This document shows, in pieces, positions 40,479-49,895 of a stretch of DNA of 64,000 nucleotides. The stretch is from an uncultured bacterium. GTDB taxonomy: Bacteria; Patescibacteriota; Patescibacteriia; Patescibacteriales; UBA12465. Location of the stretch: assembly GCA_938003925.1 (NCBI GenBank), contig CALKWQ010000022.1:90278-154277 (forward strand). The letters are read 5' to 3'. The position numbers and the translations under genes are program-made. How positions within the stretch are numbered: position 1 is the stretch's first letter; every line of letters begins with the position of its first letter. The notes under the pieces are model-generated. The model saw only the letters and a program-made list of their open reading frames with translations. It had not been told where the DNA came from and searched no databases.

Positions 40479-43154
40479 TTATTCGCAATTACCATCCAGA
40501 CCTAAAGCATTGGTCGCAGCACCATAGCAACAAGAAGGCAACTCTGGTGTGGCTACACAATTAGGTCCGGTGCTGGGTTTGTAACAATTCTGGTATATAT
40601 CTTTAACACCAGAGCCAACTTGAGTCTTATAACTTACCGATGAAGATAATTCAGTATGATGTAAAAACGCAAAAGTAGTATCAGGCTCACCGTCTAAAGG
40701 GTTAACGTCACGATTATCAGCTCCCACCCAATAACCTATGGGCGAAGGAGAAGAACTAAAAAGATTAATTAGGTGATGATTAATATCTCTTTGTCCGTTA
40801 TTAATCATGACGCTGCCGGTCAGCAAACTAGAATTCATCATTAAAGTATTAAAGTTAATCTGAATAGGCGCTTTAGTATCAACACCGAGGTCGTTATTCT
40901 CAGGTTTAATAAAAGAAATCTGCGGTGGCTCAGACATGATTTGGTCATTGATATAAAAAGACCATTTATATTTATCCTTTAAATTTAAATTGTCTGCCTG
41001 ATTTTCATTATAAAAATCTAGAGGTCCATCAGCAAAAACATCGCGATTACCATCTAGAGAATTGAGGGCGGCATCAACAATACCATCCAATTGATTTACA
41101 TTAGACACTGGGTAGTTTTTGCCATTGGTATCCTGACAAGTAGAATAAGAAGAAAAAGGTGCGCAAGTAGAAAAGGGCTGAAAAGCAGAACAGTCAGCAT
41201 CAGTGGTACAAGTCTTTAAATTAGCCGAAACCATTTCTACCGCTAAATGACTATTGGCCGGCAAACAATAGATTTTTTCACCACAACCATTTTGGCCACA
41301 TTCTACATCTGAAATAAATTCTACCGTTCGATAAGCATTAGAAATCATAAAACGACCAGAAAGATAATCACCGACACAAACATTAGCGTCACATTTATAG
41401 GACAAGCAGTCGCTGTTTTGTGTACAAGCAGACCCAGATACCGCCGAAGGTTCTGCATTAATAATGCGTAAATAATTACTAACCTCGTCTGCTTGACCTG
41501 ACACTAACATTGGATTCACTGATTCGTTAAAGTTCAACTGAATAACGGAATTCATCGGGCGATCATGCCGATCTTTGACCTCGCTGGTACGCACTAAATT
41601 CTGACCACCGCTAAAAGGCTGCAAGGAGAGAGAGGTTGTGTTATTGGTGGCTAAATACAGATTATTACCAGCTGCCCCGGCCACTTTAGCGGACAAACTT
41701 ACGGTTGCCTCTGTTTTATCAACATTAACATCGGGATGGCCACTAAGTTTAGAATAAATAGAAGTGGCCACAACATTAACATCGCAATTATTTTCGGGCA
41801 CCAAAATATTATTTCCAGTCCCAGAGGTAGCAAAAGTATACACCTCGCCACCAACAGTTAAATTATCGGCCAAAACTTCCGGTCTTAAAGCAATATTCCA
41901 AGCACTACCAGCGGCATGACCATCAACCTGCAATTGAAAATAACCATTAAAGTCAGCGCTGTTACCCTGCCATTGTGCTACACCTAATAATTCCTGCCCG
42001 GAAAACAATTGCGCCTGAGTATTATCAGACGTCGTCACTACAGATAAAGAAGAAAAATTGGCATGATAATCTTCAGATATTGTACCCGTACCATTATAAC
42101 CGCCCGCCGTCGGCGTTACCCCTAACACTGCCGCTGGCTGATAAACGTTAGGGCAAGATTGAACCTGAATCGCAGCAGTAGCTACTGACGCCGGCACCGA
42201 TTGTTCAAAAATATCCTCTTCATTGTCGGGTAAAGGGAAAATACCGCCACGTAAAACTTGGGGAGGGGTTAAGTCTAAATTATTACTGACTTCAAAACCC
42301 CACTGAAAGAAATCATTGCTGCAGGTTTTAAATATAGACTCCCCTCCATCCTTTAAAACATCGCCAGTAAAAAGCACCGAGTAATCAACATTGCCGTCAG
42401 CTTGACCAAGAAATTCTAAGGGAGTAATAATTAGAGTACGACGATCATCAGACGCATGAACATAAGCTCTACTAACATTAGTATTGTCGGCCGGGCAACT
42501 AGAATCTCCGCAATTGTCACCTAAATCTTGACGGAAAATACGGATATTTTCGGGGTTGAGCAAGTGGCAATCGGTTTGATTACAGACACAAGCACCACCA
42601 GCTTCATTTTGGCAAACACTATCTAACAACAGAGCTTCTTTAAAAGAAATAATGATGGAAGTATTACGAGCCACATCACTTTGACCGTCTTCTGGATAAA
42701 CACGTTCTACGGTACAGGCGCCCATCGCTCCTGTTCCTATTAAAGATGAATTATTCGAGTTATTGCCGAACAGATTGCCCGCCCCAGTCACACCTAGTAG
42801 ACGACTTAAGACAAAAGAGGCGATGCCCCAAGCAGACAATATAATCACCAAACCAATAACGGCATTCCTTAAAATTCTCTTGGCTTGATCAATTTTGTCC
42901 TCACTGCCGCCACTTGTCATCCACAGAAAACCGGCATAAATAATCAAACCCACAGCAATTACCCCTAGGAACAAAAGGGCAAAATTAATAACGCGAGCCA
43001 CGATAACGCGGGGGTCAGTTGAGCTCAATTGAATAGTGTTGCCAATCTCATTCATCCCCACATCAATATTCTGAGCAAAAGCTAAATTAGCCAAGCTTAA
43101 ACCGGCCACAATTAGCGTGAGAAATAATAAAAAAGAAAAAAATCTGCGACGCAT
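40479..43154 (-). CDS. large (891 aa) surface protein with a T4SS-pilin-like N-terminal module and Ig-like/Cys-containing ectodomain
   Basis: N-terminus MRRRFFSFLLFLTLIVAGLSLANLAFA...FLGVIAVGLIIYAGFLWMTSGGSEDKIDQAKRILRNAVIGLVIILSAWGIASFVL is paralogous to the 1952-aa protein. It also has the Big_5/SbsA-like segment CTVERVYPEDGQSDVARNTSIIISF. Confidence 0.8.
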   Translation of the reverse strand: MRRRFFSFLLFLTLIVAGLSLANLAFAQNIDVGMNEIGNTIQLSSTDPRVIVARVINFALLFLGVIAVGLIIYAGFLWMTSGGSEDKIDQAKRILRNAVIGLVIILSAWGIASFVLSRLLGVTGAGNLFGNNSNNSSLIGTGAMGACTVERVYPEDGQSDVARNTSIIISFKEALLLDSVCQNEAGGACVCNQTDCHLLNPENIRIFRQDLGDNCGDSSCPADNTNVSRAYVHASDDRRTLIITPLEFLGQADGNVDYSVLFTGDVLKDGGESIFKTCSNDFFQWGFEVSNNLDLTPPQVLRGGIFPLPDNEEDIFEQSVPASVATAAIQVQSCPNVYQPAAVLGVTPTAGGYNGTGTISEDYHANFSSLSVVTTSDNTQAQLFSGQELLGVAQWQGNSADFNGYFQLQVDGHAAGSAWNIALRPEVLADNLTVGGEVYTFATSGTGNNILVPENNCDVNVVATSIYSKLSGHPDVNVDKTEATVSLSAKVAGAAGNNLYLATNNTTSLSLQPFSGGQNLVRTSEVKDRHDRPMNSVIQLNFNESVNPMLVSGQADEVSNYLRIINAEPSAVSGSACTQNSDCLSYKCDANVCVGDYLSGRFMISNAYRTVEFISDVECGQNGCGEKIYCLPANSHLAVEMVSANLKTCTTDADCSAFQPFSTCAPFSSYSTCQDTNGKNYPVSNVNQLDGIVDAALNSLDGNRDVFADGPLDFYNENQADNLNLKDKYKWSFYINDQIMSEPPQISFIKPENNDLGVDTKAPIQINFNTLMMNSSLLTGSVMINNGQRDINHHLINLFSSSPSPIGYWVGADNRDVNPLDGEPDTTFAFLHHTELSSSVSYKTQVGSGVKDIYQNCYKPSTGPNCVATPELPSCCYGAATNALGLDGNCE

Positions 43155-43179
43155 TTTATTTTAATTGAACCGCAAAGCG

Positions 43180-43188
43180 TGATATAAT
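43180..43188 (+). promoter_or_regulatory. candidate extended -10 promoter for rel
   Basis: TGaTATAAT at 43180..43188, with a TTGAAC 12 nt upstream that is too close to be a normal -35 box. Confidence 0.35.
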
Positions 43189-43211
43189 TTAAAAGCTTAG
43201 CAGTTAAGCTT

Positions 43212-43240
43212 ATTATAACATAAAAACACAAAATTGGAAA
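43212..43240 (-). promoter_or_regulatory. candidate promoter of the surface-protein operon
   Basis: Minus strand TTTCCA-17 nt-TATAAT, about 60 nt upstream of the ATG at 43154. Confidence 0.3.
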
Positions 43241-43244
43241 AGAC

Positions 43245-44705
43245 ATGACTATAGATCGCATCATCAAAAAATTTGAAGAAAATCATCCCGGTGAAGACGC
43301 TACTATGTTGCGCTTAGCTTATGATTTTGCCAACGAGGCTCACGCTGGACAATTACGTAAAACCGGAGAACCATACATCCAACACCCCCTACACACCGCC
43401 TTTTTGCTAGCAGAAATAAAAGCCGACTTACCTACCATTATCGCCGGCATGATTCATGATGTTCCGGAAGATACTAACCGCACCATTGAAGATGTTCAGA
43501 AAAACTTTGGCGAGGAAGTGGCCACACTGGTGGCTGGCATCACTAAACTAGGCAAAATTAAATATCGTGGCATTGAACGCTACCGTGAAAACCTAAAAAA
43601 GATGTTTTTAGCGATGGCCGCCGATATTCGTGTCATCTTTATCAAATTTTGTGACCGTCTCCATAACTTAAGAACCCTAGAAGGCTTACCACCAGTCAAA
43701 CAGAAAAGAATTGCCGAAGAAACTTTAGAAATATATGCTCCAATAGCCGGCATGCTGGGCATTTGGAGACTGAAATGGCAACTAGAGGACCTGTGTTTTA
43801 AGTATCTGTACCCGGATAAATTCCAAGAATTGGAACAAGAGTATGAAGTGGAAAAAAAAGCCGAAAGAAACCAATATTTTCAAAAAATCAAGAAAGAACT
43901 ACTACCTAGATTAGAAGAAACTGGATTAAAATACGAAATAGAGGTGCGTTTTAAACATCTATACAGCATTTACCAAAAAATGCAGCGCAAAGATCGTAAA
44001 TTTGACGAAATTTATGACGTCTTCGCTCTCAGAATAGTGGTACCTCATGTCGACGATTGTTACAAAGCTTTAGGCATTATACACACCTTATGGCGTCCTA
44101 AACCTAACCGTTTCAAAGACTATATCGCTGTGCCAAAACCTAACGGCTACCGCTCTTTGCATACCACTATCTTCGGACCCGAAGGCAAAGCTGTAGAATT
44201 TCAAATTCGTACCCAAGAAATGCACGAAGAATCAATGTACGGTTTGGCCGCCCATTGGTATTACAAAGCTAAAAATCAAGGCGGCATGCAACCGCACTGG
44301 GTCAAAGAGATTGTAGAAATTCAGAAAGAAATTTCCGATACCAGTGAGCTGATTAAAAATATTAAACTTGATATTTTTAATGATCGCATCTTCGTTTTTT
44401 CTCCCAAAGGAGACGTCTTTGAATTACCAGAGCAAGCCACACCAATTGATTTTGCCTATGCCGTCCACACTAATATCGGCAATCAGGCCACAGGGGCAAT
44501 CATTAATGACCGACTGGGTAAATTAGACCAGGAACTCAAGAATGGCGATTTGGTAGATATTATCACGGAAAAGGGCCGACAATACCCTAACAGAGATTGG
44601 CTAAAATTTGCTAAGACTAAACGCGCACGCGACCGCATTAAACAGTTTGCAAAAAAACGCCCCTTAGACAATATCAAGCGTTTCATACCTGGTATTAAAA
44701 ACTAA
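43245..44705 (+). CDS. rel: bifunctional (p)ppGpp synthetase/hydrolase, short Rel/SpoT type (HD + synthetase + TGS)
   Basis: HD domain (HPLHTAFLLA..MIHDVPEDT), synthetase (YSIYQKMQRK...GYRSLHTTI) and TGS (VFSPKGDVFELPEQATPIDFAYAVHTNIG). It ends after TGS with no ACT/RRM domain. Confidence 0.9.
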   Translation: MTIDRIIKKFEENHPGEDATMLRLAYDFANEAHAGQLRKTGEPYIQHPLHTAFLLAEIKADLPTIIAGMIHDVPEDTNRTIEDVQKNFGEEVATLVAGITKLGKIKYRGIERYRENLKKMFLAMAADIRVIFIKFCDRLHNLRTLEGLPPVKQKRIAEETLEIYAPIAGMLGIWRLKWQLEDLCFKYLYPDKFQELEQEYEVEKKAERNQYFQKIKKELLPRLEETGLKYEIEVRFKHLYSIYQKMQRKDRKFDEIYDVFALRIVVPHVDDCYKALGIIHTLWRPKPNRFKDYIAVPKPNGYRSLHTTIFGPEGKAVEFQIRTQEMHEESMYGLAAHWYYKAKNQGGMQPHWVKEIVEIQKEISDTSELIKNIKLDIFNDRIFVFSPKGDVFELPEQATPIDFAYAVHTNIGNQATGAIINDRLGKLDQELKNGDLVDIITEKGRQYPNRDWLKFAKTKRARDRIKQFAKKRPLDNIKRFIPGIKN

Positions 44706-44707
44706 AC

Positions 44708-44736
44708 AAAAATCTCCCCTGAAGGGGAGATTTTTT
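44708..44736. terminator. bidirectional terminator between rel and rpsU
   Basis: TCTCCCC-tgaa-GGGGAGA stem extended by A/T pairs, with T-runs on both strands. Confidence 0.75.
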
Positions 44737-44737
44737 A

Positions 44738-44968
44738 TTATCTATTCTGAGTCTCTTCTAACTTACCAGTCTTACGCAAATATTCTTTCTTGCGTTGCAT
44801 TTCCATGCTAGTTAAAGCATATTTCTTTTGCTGCCGTTTGGTCTTTTTTGGTTCTAAGTGTTGCTTGGAACGGGCTTTTTCCAGGCGTTTGCTGTTTTTT
44901 AAGCCTTTCTTGAATTTACGCAAGAAGCTTTCAAAACTTTCACCAGGTTTTCTTTTAAAATCAGCCAT
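44738..44968 (-). CDS. rpsU: 30S ribosomal protein S21
   Basis: KRKPGESFESFLRKFKKGLKNSKRLEKARSKQHLEPKKTKRQQKK parallels the S21 pattern (nESlEdALRRFKR.v.K.g.l.E.Rkr..yEKPs.kRkrK). Confidence 0.65.
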   Translation of the reverse strand: MADFKRKPGESFESFLRKFKKGLKNSKRLEKARSKQHLEPKKTKRQQKKYALTSMEMQRKKEYLRKTGKLEETQNR

Positions 44969-46319
44969 AAATTACACCTTCCTTTCTATTTACTTTTTTT
45001 TCTAATCTATCTTTAATTTTCTTAAACGCGACGGTTTCTTGAACTCCAGACTCCATATCCCTTAGCAAAATAGTCTCATCCATTACTTCTTTTTTACCTA
45101 AAATTAAACTAATTTTTGACTTGAGACGGGAGGCCTCTTCCATCTGATTCTTTAGACTGTCGGTAGAAAAAGATTGTCTCACATTAAAGCCATGGCGACG
45201 TAGCTCTTCAAATAGAATTAAAGACTTGATTTTAGCTTGCTCGCCTAGTTGTGCTAAGAATATAACCTCTTCTTTTAAATCTGGCAAGACCACACGATCT
45301 TTGACCTTGGCTACTAAGCGTTCTAAACCAATGGCCAAACCTACGGAAGGAGTCGGACGGCCACCCAGACTTTCTACTAAGCCATCATAACGGCCACCGC
45401 CAGCCAAAGCTAACTTGCTATGGGCTATGCCGTCATCATTAACCGGCCAGAATTCAAAGACGGTATCATTATAATAACTTAAACCTCTGGCTAGATAAGG
45501 ATTGAAATTATAGGGGATGTTTAGCTCATCTAGATATTCCAAAACTTTAGCGAAATGTTCACGGCTTTCGTCAGACAAACAATCGGCAATTTGAGGAGCT
45601 TCGCTCAATAACTGTTGACAACCGTCTTCTTTGCAATCCAGTAACGCCAACATATTCTTACCCAAATGCTTTTTGCAGTTATTACAAAGCTTAGAGCGAC
45701 GACCACGTTCCTTATAAAAATTATTTAACTTGTTAGTATACTCCTTACGACAATCGGCCTTACCTAAACTATTGATCTGAATTTGAAAATTAGCTTGTAG
45801 GTCTTGAAAAAAATTATAGGCGGCAGCCAACAATAAAGCTTCGGCCATGGGTTTGTTTTCACCAATAATTTCTAAATTAAACTGAGTAGACTCACGATAA
45901 CGGCCAGTCTGCATTTTTTCACGACGAAAAACAGGGCCGATAGAATAAAGTCGCACAGGCTGAGGCAACTCAGAAAAATTATTCTCAATATACGCGCGCA
46001 AAATACCCTGGGTTAGTTCTGGCCTTAAAATTGCGTTCTCTCCTTTTTCGCCATCTAGGCCGTATAACTCCTTATCATTGTTGTGACGAGTGGATTTCTT
46101 ATATAAATCGGCGTTTTCAATAATAGGAGTTTTAATAGCATTAAAGCTATAAAGCTCAGCCAACGAAGCGGCCTTATCCGACACAGTACTAAAATAACGG
46201 AATTCGCCAGGAACTATATCTTTCATGCCCAAAAGACGGTCAATCGCCTTAGCGCTTCTTTTCTCTACCGGTTTCTTATAGGCAGGCATATTTCTGGCTG
46301 GCATTTTTTTACGAGGCAT
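44961..46319 (-). CDS. hisS: histidine--tRNA ligase
   Basis: Class II motifs ILRPELTQGILRAY, YSIGPVFRREKMQTGRYRESTQFNLEIIG and GGGRYDGL, plus a C-terminal anticodon-binding domain. Confidence 0.9.
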   Translation of the reverse strand: MPRKKMPARNMPAYKKPVEKRSAKAIDRLLGMKDIVPGEFRYFSTVSDKAASLAELYSFNAIKTPIIENADLYKKSTRHNNDKELYGLDGEKGENAILRPELTQGILRAYIENNFSELPQPVRLYSIGPVFRREKMQTGRYRESTQFNLEIIGENKPMAEALLLAAAYNFFQDLQANFQIQINSLGKADCRKEYTNKLNNFYKERGRRSKLCNNCKKHLGKNMLALLDCKEDGCQQLLSEAPQIADCLSDESREHFAKVLEYLDELNIPYNFNPYLARGLSYYNDTVFEFWPVNDDGIAHSKLALAGGGRYDGLVESLGGRPTPSVGLAIGLERLVAKVKDRVVLPDLKEEVIFLAQLGEQAKIKSLILFEELRRHGFNVRQSFSTDSLKNQMEEASRLKSKISLILGKKEVMDETILLRDMESGVQETVAFKKIKDRLEKKVNRKEGVIYG

Positions 46320-46410
46320 AAAGAGAAAGAGTGATAAAATTATATAAAATTATTATTCCGCCCAAAACTTTATACTATATGACTAATTACTTAAAAGCTT
46401 AAATTCCTAT

Positions 46411-46980
46411 CTACTGCAGTGAATAATCTACCGGATCGTTAAAAATAGCTGCGCGACTAAAAGGCCAGCCTCGCAAAAATACTCGTCCAGTAATAAAACT
46501 ACGGTTGACCGGTCCAAAACTGCGGGAGTCTTTAGAGGCGGTGCGATTGTCACCTAATACAAAATATTCGTCAGCGCCCAAAGTTATTTTGTCATCGCTG
46601 TTAGAATAGGTGGGAGTACTAACATCCAGATAAGCTTCTTTTAACACCAAACCACCGGGAAATTCTTCATTATAAACAATTACTTGAGCATCTTTGACTT
46701 GTACGCTTTCACCAGGTAGAGCGATAACGCGTTTAATGAAATATTCTTGGGGATTTAAAGGATAACGAAAAACAACAACTTCTCCGCGCTCAATTGGCCG
46801 AAAACGATAACTAATCTCATCAATAATCAAGTATTCATGATCATGGAAAGTTGATTCCATAGAAGCACCTTTCACATAAAAAGGCTGGATGAGAAAATAT
46901 CTTACCGGGATAATAATAGCTAAAGAAATAGCAATAACTTTTAACCCCTCCCACGCTAAAATTAGTAATTTCTTGAACAT
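46411..46980 (-). CDS. lepB: signal peptidase I
   Basis: GASMESTF (catalytic Ser), IKRVIALPGE (Lys box) and GDNRTASKDSR. Confidence 0.92.
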   Translation of the reverse strand: MFKKLLILAWEGLKVIAISLAIIIPVRYFLIQPFYVKGASMESTFHDHEYLIIDEISYRFRPIERGEVVVFRYPLNPQEYFIKRVIALPGESVQVKDAQVIVYNEEFPGGLVLKEAYLDVSTPTYSNSDDKITLGADEYFVLGDNRTASKDSRSFGPVNRSFITGRVFLRGWPFSRAAIFNDPVDYSLQ

Positions 46981-47110
46981 AATGAAAAATTGCTAAAAAA
47001 TGGCCGGCTGCACTGTCAATAAATAAAAATAAGTAGATACAACCAATTAGCAATGTTTAATGAGCATATCACAAAAGAGTAAAAAAGGCAAATCAATTAA
47101 ATATTTATTA

Positions 47111-48163
47111 TTAGCCAATAAACATCGCATCGCCATAGCTGTAAAAACGATAATGTTCAGCTATGGCTACCTGATAAGCGGCTCGTACTTGGTTGTAGCC
47201 AGCAAAGGCTGATACCAACATCAACAAACTCGATTTAGGTAAATGAAAATTGGTAATCAGACCATCAGTTAGTTGAAAATCGTAGCCCGGATAGATAAAA
47301 ATATCAGTCCACTCCTGATACGCTTGCCCTAAGGCTAATCTTCCCGCCTTAATAGCTTGGCCGTATGATTCTAAGACCCGGCAGCTAGTTGTGCCAACGG
47401 CGATTAGACGACGATGCTCAGCTTTAGCCCTAGCTAAAGAACGGGCGGAGGCAGTGCTAATAGTCGCAAACTCTGCATGCATATTATGAGCCTTAATATC
47501 CTCAGTTTTAACAGCTGCAAAGGTGCCCAAGCCAACATGCAGGGTGACAGTCACAATCTCAACACCTTGAGCTTGCAGCTTAGCTAACAAGCGCTTGGTA
47601 AAATGGAGACCGGCTGTAGGCGCAGCTACTGAACCCTTATGTTTAACGTCAGCATAAACAGTTTGGTAACGAGTATTGTCTAATCCTTGCTTATGACTAG
47701 GCTTAATATAGGGAGGCAGAGGCACGTGCCCAATTTTGTCTAAAACCTGCCAGAACTTTTTTCCTGTCAAATTGAAATCTACCAGCCAAGTACCATCACC
47801 TTGATCGGTTACTAAAGTAGCAGTTAAACCACCGCCCAGCGTAACCACCAATCCGGATCTAACGCGACCCCCTATCAGGCATTCCCAGCGATTAGATAAT
47901 ATTGGTTGATGCAAGAAAATTTCTACTTTACCACCAGTATCGGTTTTAGAACCCAATAAACGGGCCGGGAACACTTGAGAATTATTAACCACCAATACAT
48001 CGCCCGCACGCAGATGCTCAGTTAAACGATCAAAACGACTATGTTCCAGACTGCCATCAACACGATCTAAACATAAAAGCCGGGCATGGTCGCGCGGCTT
48101 TACCGGTACTTGCGCGATTAAAGCTCGCGGCAGCGTATAATCAAAATCAGTCAATGACAACAT
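47111..48163 (-). CDS. queA: tRNA preQ1(34) S-adenosylmethionine ribosyltransferase-isomerase
   Basis: FDYTLPRALIAQVPVKPRDHARLL, GHVPLPPYI and VAAPTAGLHFT. Confidence 0.93.
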   Translation of the reverse strand: MLSLTDFDYTLPRALIAQVPVKPRDHARLLCLDRVDGSLEHSRFDRLTEHLRAGDVLVVNNSQVFPARLLGSKTDTGGKVEIFLHQPILSNRWECLIGGRVRSGLVVTLGGGLTATLVTDQGDGTWLVDFNLTGKKFWQVLDKIGHVPLPPYIKPSHKQGLDNTRYQTVYADVKHKGSVAAPTAGLHFTKRLLAKLQAQGVEIVTVTLHVGLGTFAAVKTEDIKAHNMHAEFATISTASARSLARAKAEHRRLIAVGTTSCRVLESYGQAIKAGRLALGQAYQEWTDIFIYPGYDFQLTDGLITNFHLPKSSLLMLVSAFAGYNQVRAAYQVAIAEHYRFYSYGDAMFIG

Positions 48164-48169
48164 AAAGAC

Positions 48170-49186
48170 CTAAAGTGAAGATTTAGGAGAGGTTGGTCTA
48201 CCTAAATGTTGATAAGCAGCGGCAGTAGCCAAGCGACCACGGGGTGAGCGATCTAAAAATCCCAACTGTAGCAAATAAGGTTCATAAATATTTTCCAAAG
48301 TGTCTATCTCTTCCCCTGTTGCAGCGGCTAAAGTGTTAAGACCAACGGGTCCGCCTTGAAACTTGTCAATTAATGTCTCTAAAATTTTTCTATCCACAGC
48401 ATCTAAACCTAAATGATCAATGGCTAATAACGCAAAAGCCTCAGCGCAAGCATCCAGACTAATCTCGCCATTATTTTTTACCTGACAATAATCACGCACT
48501 CTTTTAAGCAGACGATTAGCAATACGAGGAGTACGCCTAGCCCGACTAGCGATTGCGGTAGCGGCGGCGGCAGGCAAAGATATTTTTAAAATATTAGCAC
48601 TACGGACAATAATCTTTTCCATTTCGGCTGCTTGATAAAATTCTAAGTGATGTGACAAACCAAATCTGTCACGTAAAGGTGCCGACAATAAACTAGCGAG
48701 GGTGGTAGCACCAATAATAGTAAAATGAGGAAGGTCTAAACGCAAAGTTCGAGCACTAGGCCCCTTACCCATTACTATATCTAGAGCGTAATCTTCCATC
48801 GCTGGATATAAAATTTCTTCCACTGTCTTGGGCAGACGATGAATTTCATCAATAAACAAAACATCGCCCTCTTCCAAATTACTCAAAATAGCAGCCAAGT
48901 CTCCGCTCTTTTCAATCGCCGGCCCAGAAGTGACCCGGATATTAGCTCCCATTTCATTAGCAATCACGTGGGCTAAAGTAGTCTTACCTAAACCAGGTGG
49001 CCCGTATAATAAAACGTGTTCAATCGGCTCTTTGCGCTGCTTAGCGGCGGTCATAGCAATCTCCAAATTCGTCTTGATGCTGTCTTGACCAATATACTCA
49101 CTTAAAAGACGAGGGCGCAAAGTCACTTCAATAACATCCTCTTCAATTGTTTCCTGCGGATCGAGCAGGCGCTGTTTTTCAGACAT
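48170..49186 (-). CDS. ruvB: Holliday junction branch migration helicase RuvB
   Basis: [12 protein letters not shown], Walker [10 protein letters not shown], Walker [11 protein letters not shown] and [18 protein letters not shown]. The track TTG start at 49219 is replaced by the ATG at 49186. Confidence 0.95.
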   Translation of the reverse strand: MSEKQRLLDPQETIEEDVIEVTLRPRLLSEYIGQDSIKTNLEIAMTAAKQRKEPIEHVLLYGPPGLGKTTLAHVIANEMGANIRVTSGPAIEKSGDLAAILSNLEEGDVLFIDEIHRLPKTVEEILYPAMEDYALDIVMGKGPSARTLRLDLPHFTIIGATTLASLLSAPLRDRFGLSHHLEFYQAAEMEKIIVRSANILKISLPAAAATAIASRARRTPRIANRLLKRVRDYCQVKNNGEISLDACAEAFALLAIDHLGLDAVDRKILETLIDKFQGGPVGLNTLAAATGEEIDTLENIYEPYLLQLGFLDRSPRGRLATAAAYQHLGRPTSPKSSL

Positions 49187-49209
49187 ATTTTTATAGACTA
49201 AACGACGAA

Positions 49210-49875
49210 TTAATCCCAAGTCTGACGTCCGTCACCACTCAAATCAAATATATCTCCGGCAAAGCGAGGACTGGATTTTAAGTTGATATCTAGCCAAGCT
49301 TTAATGGTTGCCGCCCATTCTCGGCGACGCATATAATTAATGTTGGCATAAAATCTTTGGTCCGCCCGACAACCCCACGCTTGCAGACCTAAGCTGTTAG
49401 CAATATACAGGGAGCGAGGCAAGTGAAAGTCTTGAGTAGCCACCAGGAAATTATCAGCTTGAAAAATTGACTTAGCCCTATAAAGACTATCGTAAGTATC
49501 AAAGCCTGCATGATCTAAGAAAATATCTTGAGCAGGAATATTTTTAGCTAATAAATAATCTTTGCCGGCATTAACTTCATCATAAAAATTACTACCGTGG
49601 TCGCCACTAACGATAATCTTTCGGACCAAACCGGCTTGATAAAGACCAACAGCCGTATCCAAACGATCAGAAAAAACAGGACTGATTTGCGTCGGGCTTT
49701 TAATCCCTGCCCCCAAGACTAAAACTGCTACACGTTGCCCTCTAATATCCCGCAAACAATCATCAACAATATAGCGATCAAAAGAATCTACTCTTTGATT
49801 TATCAACCATAAACCCCAGCAGCCAAATAAACAAATATACAGTAACCAACGAAAATGAAAATATTTTCCTAGCAT
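49210..49875 (-). CDS. DUF218 (SanA/YdcF/ElyC-like) membrane-anchored protein
   Basis: N-terminal TM helix, then VLVLGAGI...[26 protein letters not shown]...[12 protein letters not shown] moved the start to the ATG at 49875. Confidence 0.75.
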   Translation of the reverse strand: MLGKYFHFRWLLYICLFGCWGLWLINQRVDSFDRYIVDDCLRDIRGQRVAVLVLGAGIKSPTQISPVFSDRLDTAVGLYQAGLVRKIIVSGDHGSNFYDEVNAGKDYLLAKNIPAQDIFLDHAGFDTYDSLYRAKSIFQADNFLVATQDFHLPRSLYIANSLGLQAWGCRADQRFYANINYMRRREWAATIKAWLDINLKSSPRFAGDIFDLSGDGRQTWD

Positions 49876-49895
49876 AATATATAAATAATTAAACA

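Noticed and set aside
29093-43154. Diversity-generating retroelement targeting the giant surface proteins
   Set aside because: No reverse-transcriptase ORF lies in the window, and I found no template/variable repeat pair. The only internal DNA repeat is the paralogous pilin module.
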